From: an uncultured Poribacteria bacterium
Lineage (GTDB): Bacteria; Poribacteria; WGA-4E; WGA-3G
Direction: 5' to 3'
Assembly: GCA_951812525.1 (NCBI GenBank)
Contig: OX638316.1
Coordinates: forward strand, 1,064,506 to 1,128,505
DNA: 64,000 bases
The notes beneath the pieces are model-generated. The model was not told where the DNA came from. It saw only the letters and a program-made list of their open reading frames with translations, and did no database searches. Made by a program: the position numbers and the translations under genes. This document shows positions 59,901-64,000 of this stretch, one piece after another (position 1 is the stretch's first letter; each line of letters opens with the position of its first letter).

Positions 59901-60310
59901 CAGGCATAAACAGCATCAGGAGCGGTAGAAATGGCTTCGTATGTAAAATCAATATCATGCCACCGTGCACCGTCGCATTCGGAAGGAATACCGGTATACA
60001 CCTGAATTCCCCACGACCCATGCCATCGTCTCATTCCCCAATCCTGTACCCCTTGACGGTTTAAGAACCGTTCGCCTCCAAAATCCCTCGGACCATGGTC
60101 ATTTTCAGGCGCGTGTCCTATCGGCATAAAGGAGATATCTGCCTGCTCCAAGTCAGCAAGCAGCACTGGGCATCTCTGTGCGCAATAGACTGTGAGATGA
60201 TAAGGATAACCTTTATTATAGAGTGCAGGTGTTACAACTGTCTTCCGCTGTCGAAGCGGGTTTTCGTGCCGTTCGTGGCAGCGTTCAATAATATCTTTTA
60301 AGGGATCCAT
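56906..60310 (-). CDS. Large hypothetical protein: degenerate primase-polymerase-like N-terminus, Cys cluster, C-terminal winged HTH
   Basis: WGIQVYTG...WHDIDF...SKSGGLRF; C..C..CPQCP...C; ELSRLVDAGEIVRVRWGVY wHTH-like end. Confidence 0.7.
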   Translation of the reverse strand: MDPLKDIIERCHERHENPLRQRKTVVTPALYNKGYPYHLTVYCAQRCPVLLADLEQADISFMPIGHAPENDHGPRDFGGERFLNRQGVQDWGMRRWHGSWGIQVYTGIPSECDGARWHDIDFTYEAISTAPDAVYACIDALVNAIDNPLLTLSKSGGLRFSCRVPDYLHPNTEDARLYIYKHAPTPENPDQRDVYLEILAEEGYSRWDARYEILLGSLLDPPVVAKEVLFAPIDALRAELHEPAPPDEQELGDLPQVIPVTPSTLGSNNLDLAKAAFVQRGFSYVRQENDLHYWMPPDGAISDEHVSFWESDGTVWVRASTSDAGLPTRDTPITEIWDDTGIVSLTTAVELSGSDKVLAVREGKLSPLAIKRPPSVLHKPEYTEGDYETPEESTIQTQSIFDGAARILGLTTKTDAGRRETVSYLHTGGAVCLNVPVIRLAEEAEASYEKQNVPSFARWKPRMYRWEEAKEIPIAVRMATPFQRGNVCEDPERCDALEKKGGNPSESICPQCPVYMECQERGYLSQTEALQHAKAQILAFPNMFFNPQYVGLVEKILKEVDEPDRLCIIIRAQLNKLFLECKLSKKLLEEWSMNWQGCALGNFAKALLHAVEVEDKPHADAVKRIRTVVRVFEWREEEIVKQMSHINVQGKVVERGYTDSDTGEKLARFTIEFEGNISAYIPLDKDAANALAAKGLPIFPFYSFAPNEDLKILMPMTQAIELGILDTGTVESIQAFPTVCQDPNWTFWHQIKRFFEHYTRDADAPIRWSGKVLRFWVPPVLHSSVKRLLLMSATLSEQHLRRAFPNEEIQVSRTEPSAWGIGNQVFQIRTGIYPRRTIMGYNDNWDVIGMSKIGQRFFASIRAEIERDPDVKHAIITYRSVAARLDDIAQKQNVCFVTNFSNIGGRRPALKEAEVIWIVGTPQRSPTLVWRQAQILFGNDKKPLSYEEDVETQCYKDQRIQGIYEHGIVRALTRTVLRAGLNRWTNKRIVLISGLTLPDITDRPETFLFDWEDFEVAGSLDNLPEAIATRERFEEERANLTAESSREEVERILGCSSRQANRMLKKLRGGKPLRVPFREQILSMLASDGKKKTRELVEVIDGHPKAIKNELSRLVDAGEIVRVRWGVYALPSEE

Positions 60311-60643
60311 ATCTATAAAAAGCGAATATAAAATCTCGGTTCTGTCAAATCAGATTTCCGGATTAATATAACATATTAGAATAAAATCAATAGTAAATAC
60401 TATCACAAATCTAAATTCAAATCAAATTCTTAATTTCCATAAAGTCAAGAATCGCAAGACTTGAGAGCATCAACCGTATCAAGACGTTATTATTATATTA
60501 TTAAAATCAAAAAATAATTGACCCGATATGACTTTATGAAAATTTAACCGTAAGTTATCTCATAAATAATGTGAACATAATGTAGAGATTACCTAAATTC
60601 ACTACAATGTAACGACACTTGCGATATTCAGATACACACTAAC

Positions 60644-60740
60644 TATACAATTATTGCACATTATCATACAATTTTTGCATTGTCAATTCAATTTTTTTAG
60701 ATATTTATACAAATTTTGCATATTATCATACAATTTTTGC
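60644..60740. repeat. Phased direct-repeat array (core ACAATTTTTG, about 21-bp period)
   Basis: Two 35-bp copies (60644 and 60706; 32/35 identical); cores at 60647, 60668, ~60688, 60709 and 60730. Confidence 0.8.
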
Positions 60741-60919
60741 GAATCTTTCAGGACGCAATTGCGTTGATTCTGCCACTTTTATGGATAGAGTTAGTACGAC
60801 TATTCTTTTTTCTGATACCCGGCTGCTGCGCAGTTAGGACAGAAATTTTTCTTTGACTTCCATTTCTCAAAACATAGCACAATTACGTGTTCAACATGCC
60901 ACGCATCCGGATTTTCTGC

Positions 60920-60948
60920 TTGACAGCCATCAAAAAATTTGCTAAAAT
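60920..60948 (+). promoter_or_regulatory. sigma70 promoter
   Basis: TTGACA-N17-TAAAAT with an extended -10 TG. Confidence 0.7.
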
Positions 60949-60979
60949 CGACATAATTTAATACAAGGAGGCGTGACAA

Positions 60980-61756
60980 ATGAGATTACCGATTATCCTA
61001 ATCGTTTTGCTCTGTTGCCTCCTACCGTTAGCAACACGGGCAGAACTACCACTTGACGACCTTGCCCTTTATATGTCCTTTGACGACATCCAAGGCGACA
61101 AAGTTATGGACGGTTCGGAACACGGAAATAACGGAACAATTATGAAGGCATCCGTCGCAAAAGGTAAAGGCAAATACGGCAACGCAATGGAATTCAAAGG
61201 CGGAGATAATCACGTCCTAATCAAGAGTTCTAAGTCTCTCTCAATTGCGGACGAGGTCACGATTTCTGCTTGGGTCAACTGGAACGACGCACCTGGAGAC
61301 GGTTGGTTGACCGTGCTGGCAAATGGGACACAAGGTGGACCGTGGGAGAACTACGGACTCTTTGTCAACCGTGGCAATCGCTACTTTTATTTTACACTCT
61401 CTGTAGGTGCCGTTGCGGTAATGAATTCTGGCAACGGCACAACCGAGCCTGAAACGTGGATGCACTGTGTATGTACCTATGACGGCAAAGATGCCAAAAT
61501 CTATATTGATGGCGATCTGATAAATCAGGCACCGCATGGACTCAAATTGGCTGCTGGAAAGCAGGATCTGCGACTCGGTCATCGAGGTGGAAGTGGCCAC
61601 TGGTACAACGGTTTGCTCGACGAGGTTGCAGTGTTCTCAGTTGCTTTAGATGAAGATCAGGTTAAAGAAGCAAGCTTCAACATTGAGGAGGCACTTGATG
61701 TTCAGGCGCGTGGAAAACTAACAACCACCTGGGGCAAAATGAAGACTGACCGATAG
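60980..61756 (+). CDS. Secreted LamG-like jellyroll protein with KLTTTWGKMK tail
   Basis: AAGGAGG SD; signal peptide; YMSFD, TISAWV, WMHCVCTYDG, GLLDEVAVF. Confidence 0.88.
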   Translation: MRLPIILIVLLCCLLPLATRAELPLDDLALYMSFDDIQGDKVMDGSEHGNNGTIMKASVAKGKGKYGNAMEFKGGDNHVLIKSSKSLSIADEVTISAWVNWNDAPGDGWLTVLANGTQGGPWENYGLFVNRGNRYFYFTLSVGAVAVMNSGNGTTEPETWMHCVCTYDGKDAKIYIDGDLINQAPHGLKLAAGKQDLRLGHRGGSGHWYNGLLDEVAVFSVALDEDQVKEASFNIEEALDVQARGKLTTTWGKMKTDR

Positions 61757-61855
61757 TCCAATATCTCAGGTGTGCCTTGTGTTTCTTGTATGATTGCAGT
61801 AAGAAGTGTTTCTCATGCAGAAAAAGGGTGGGATGGATCTCAGCAGAGATTTCCA

Positions 61856-62707
61856 ATGTGGTTTTTGCTCCACCTCGCCCTTGTTTTCCTATGCTTTGCC
61901 TGTTCCGATTCCGAGGAGGAAGCGTCAGAACCGCCCGAAGGCATGGTGCTGATCCCCGCAGGCACCTTCCAGATGGGAAGTACTACTGGAGACGTGGATG
62001 AAGCACCTGTCCACACGGTAGAACTCGATGCATTTTACATGGATCAACACGAAGTGACGAATGCTGAATATCAGACGTTCGTCACCGCTACAGGACACGA
62101 CGCGCCACGTGGAATTGGCTATACCGCTGTCTACGAACTTCTCAAAAACGATTATGAACCGTGGCAAGACCCAAGTTTCAATCACCCAGACCAACCTGTC
62201 ACAACGGTGTCATGGTTCGATGCTGCTGCCTACTGTGAATGGGCAGGAAAACGGTTACCGACAGAAGCAGAATGGGAAAAGGCATCGCGTGGTGGATTGG
62301 AAAGCACACGTTACCCTTGGGGCAACGCTGAACCCAATAACACAACTGCTAACTTCGCTGACAGTCAGACGGAATTTGAATGGCGGAGCACTGATGTAAA
62401 TGACGGATACCTTTTCACCGCACCTGTTGGAACATATCCACCTAACGGTTACGGCTTGTTTGATATGGCAGGAAATGTCTGGGAATGGTGCGCCGATTGG
62501 TACAGTTCAACCTACTATAGTGACACGCAAGATGAGGAGAGTCCACTTCGAAATCCGAAGGGACCCGATACGGGTGAACGGCGTGTTTTGCGAGGTGGCA
62601 CATGGTATCGTGCTGCACATACCATCCGCAACGCCGAACGCATTAGTGATTACCCGAAAAACAGTCTGAATGTCGTCGGTTTTCGATGCGCGATGGACGT
62701 GCCTTAG
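61856..62707 (+). CDS. FGE-sulfatase (SUMF1-like) domain protein, probable lipoprotein, lacking catalytic Cys (start uncertain)
   Basis: MVLIPAG.F.MG, EVTN, RLPTEAEWEKA, PNGYGL.DMAGNVWEW, RGGTW, GFRC. Confidence 0.85.
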   Translation: MWFLLHLALVFLCFACSDSEEEASEPPEGMVLIPAGTFQMGSTTGDVDEAPVHTVELDAFYMDQHEVTNAEYQTFVTATGHDAPRGIGYTAVYELLKNDYEPWQDPSFNHPDQPVTTVSWFDAAAYCEWAGKRLPTEAEWEKASRGGLESTRYPWGNAEPNNTTANFADSQTEFEWRSTDVNDGYLFTAPVGTYPPNGYGLFDMAGNVWEWCADWYSSTYYSDTQDEESPLRNPKGPDTGERRVLRGGTWYRAAHTIRNAERISDYPKNSLNVVGFRCAMDVP

Positions 62708-62812
62708 AAGCAGACAGCACGAAAACCGCGACGATTTCAAATAGTGCCAATCTAACGAATCAGAAATCTAATTGCCTGTAAATCAACCGAAACGGAGGCA
62801 AACATACAGAAA

Positions 62813-64000
62813 ATGCCACAAACTGATGCAAACCAACCCAATGTTATCGTTTTTTTCACCGATCAGCAGCGCTGGGACACTTCAGGGTTGCACGGCAACC
62901 CACTCGACCTAACACCCAACTTTGACCGGATGGCACAGCGTGGTACGCACGTTCACCGCTCGTTCACGTGTCAACCTGTCTGCGGTCCGGCACGCTCATG
63001 TCTCCAAACGGGATTATACGCAACTCGCACCGGATGTTTTCGCAACGGTATCCCGCTGTCCCCCAACCTAAAAACGCTCGCACACCACTTCGGTGAGGCA
63101 GGCTATGCCACCGGATACATCGGTAAGTGGCACCTCTATAGCGGCGGCACTGGACCGGGACCTGTGCCAGCTGAGCATCGCGGCGGATACGACTATTGGT
63201 TAGCATCCAACACCCTTGAGTTCACCTCCGATGCATATCAGACAACGCTTTACGATAACGACAATAAACCCGTTGATCTCCCCGGCTACCGTGTGGACGC
63301 TCTCACCGATGCGGTGATTCGTTACGTTGACGGGCATAAAAATGAGCCTTTTTACCTCTTTACGTCATACATTGAACCGCACCACCAAAACCATCTGGAC
63401 GACTATCCGCCCCCAGACGGGTATCGGGAACGGTACACAGGAAAATGGATACCACCAGATCTTGCGGCACTCGGTGGCTCGACGCACCAGCACTTAGGTG
63501 GTTACTACGGCATGGTGAAAAGATTGGATGAAGCACTCGGCAGGCTTCTGGATGCCCTCAAAAGTCTCCATCTACTTGATAACACCATCATACTCTTTAC
63601 CTCAGACCACGGGTGCCATTTCAAGACCCGGAACGGCGAGTATAAACGCTCATGCCACGAGAGTTCGATTCGCGTGCCGACTGCGTTCCATGGACCCGGT
63701 TTCACTGGCGGTGGGCAGCTTCAAGAACTGGTAAGTCTCGTCGATCTTCCACCGACGCTTCTTGATGCAGCAGGCTTGGCAGTACCAGGTGAGATGCAAG
63801 GTCGTTCGATCATGCCACTCCTCACCGGAGAACGGGACGACTGGCCAGAGGAAGCCTTCGTCCAAATTAGCGAGGCACAGGTCGGTCGCGCTGTTCGGAC
63901 CCAACGTTGGAAATACGGTGTAGATGCCCCACATAAGAACGGAGGTAGCGATGCCGGATCAGATCGATACGTCGAGCAATACCTTTATGACCTCCAAGCA
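62813..64000 (+). CDS. Sulfatase (Cys-type), 3' end beyond the window (not in the ORF track)
   Basis: My translation: MPQTDANQPNVIVFFTDQQRWD...CGPARS...GYIGKWHL...FTSDHG...YLYDLQA. The frame is open to 64000. Confidence 0.92.
   Translation, partial: MPQTDANQPNVIVFFTDQQRWDTSGLHGNPLDLTPNFDRMAQRGTHVHRSFTCQPVCGPARSCLQTGLYATRTGCFRNGIPLSPNLKTLAHHFGEAGYATGYIGKWHLYSGGTGPGPVPAEHRGGYDYWLASNTLEFTSDAYQTTLYDNDNKPVDLPGYRVDALTDAVIRYVDGHKNEPFYLFTSYIEPHHQNHLDDYPPPDGYRERYTGKWIPPDLAALGGSTHQHLGGYYGMVKRLDEALGRLLDALKSLHLLDNTIILFTSDHGCHFKTRNGEYKRSCHESSIRVPTAFHGPGFTGGGQLQELVSLVDLPPTLLDAAGLAVPGEMQGRSIMPLLTGERDDWPEEAFVQISEAQVGRAVRTQRWKYGVDAPHKNGGSDAGSDRYVEQYLYDLQA

Noticed and set aside
55085-60640. Intact prophage or integrated plasmid
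   Set aside because: No integrase, att repeats, or structural or transfer genes are visible.
61856-62707. True formylglycine-generating enzyme for the adjacent sulfatase
   Set aside because: The catalytic Cys pair after RGGS is absent (RGGTWYRAAHTIR), so this is a non-catalytic FGE-fold family member.
1-64000. rRNA/tRNA genes, transposases, and the many antisense ORFs in the track
   Set aside because: I recognised no RNA gene or transposase motifs by eye. The antisense ORFs overlap well-supported genes and lack motifs.

Overview
This is a bacterial chromosomal window of moderate GC using genetic code 11. The gene content suggests Candidatus Poribacteria, which is an inference from the secreted LamG and lamin-tail proteins sharing a C-terminal KLxxxWGx(L/I/M)K tail, the Planctomycete-type DUF1501/DUF1549 genes, and the WD40, YCF48 and sulfatase genes. 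The main feature is a ~28.7 kb co-oriented minus-strand respiratory cluster (33346 to 4659) behind a perfect sigma70 promoter. It encodes a Rieske protein, a split b6-type cytochrome b, an octaheme cytochrome c, a CydB-less bd-like (CydA-fold) protein with three c-type cytochromes (one carrying an EbdC-like DOMON domain), two cupredoxin-like proteins, an ABC-2 pair, a complete A1 heme-copper oxidase with assembly genes, and a USP/PCP_red/Mrp module. The strongest hidden signal is at 46366-46368. The apparent TGA stop of an exported cytochrome c/WD40 protein lies in a GMT-[TGA]-GAC motif, is followed by a SECIS-like hairpin, and reads through into a 56-aa HMA domain, so this is a probable selenoprotein missed by the ORF track. 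Also present: paralogous lipoproteins (one with a GGN-repeat insert), an orphan DNA methyltransferase, a SNF2-SWIM helicase, a degenerate primase-like giant protein with phased upstream repeats, two families of short intergenic repeats, and two sulfatases. I saw no rRNA, tRNA, CRISPR array or transposase.
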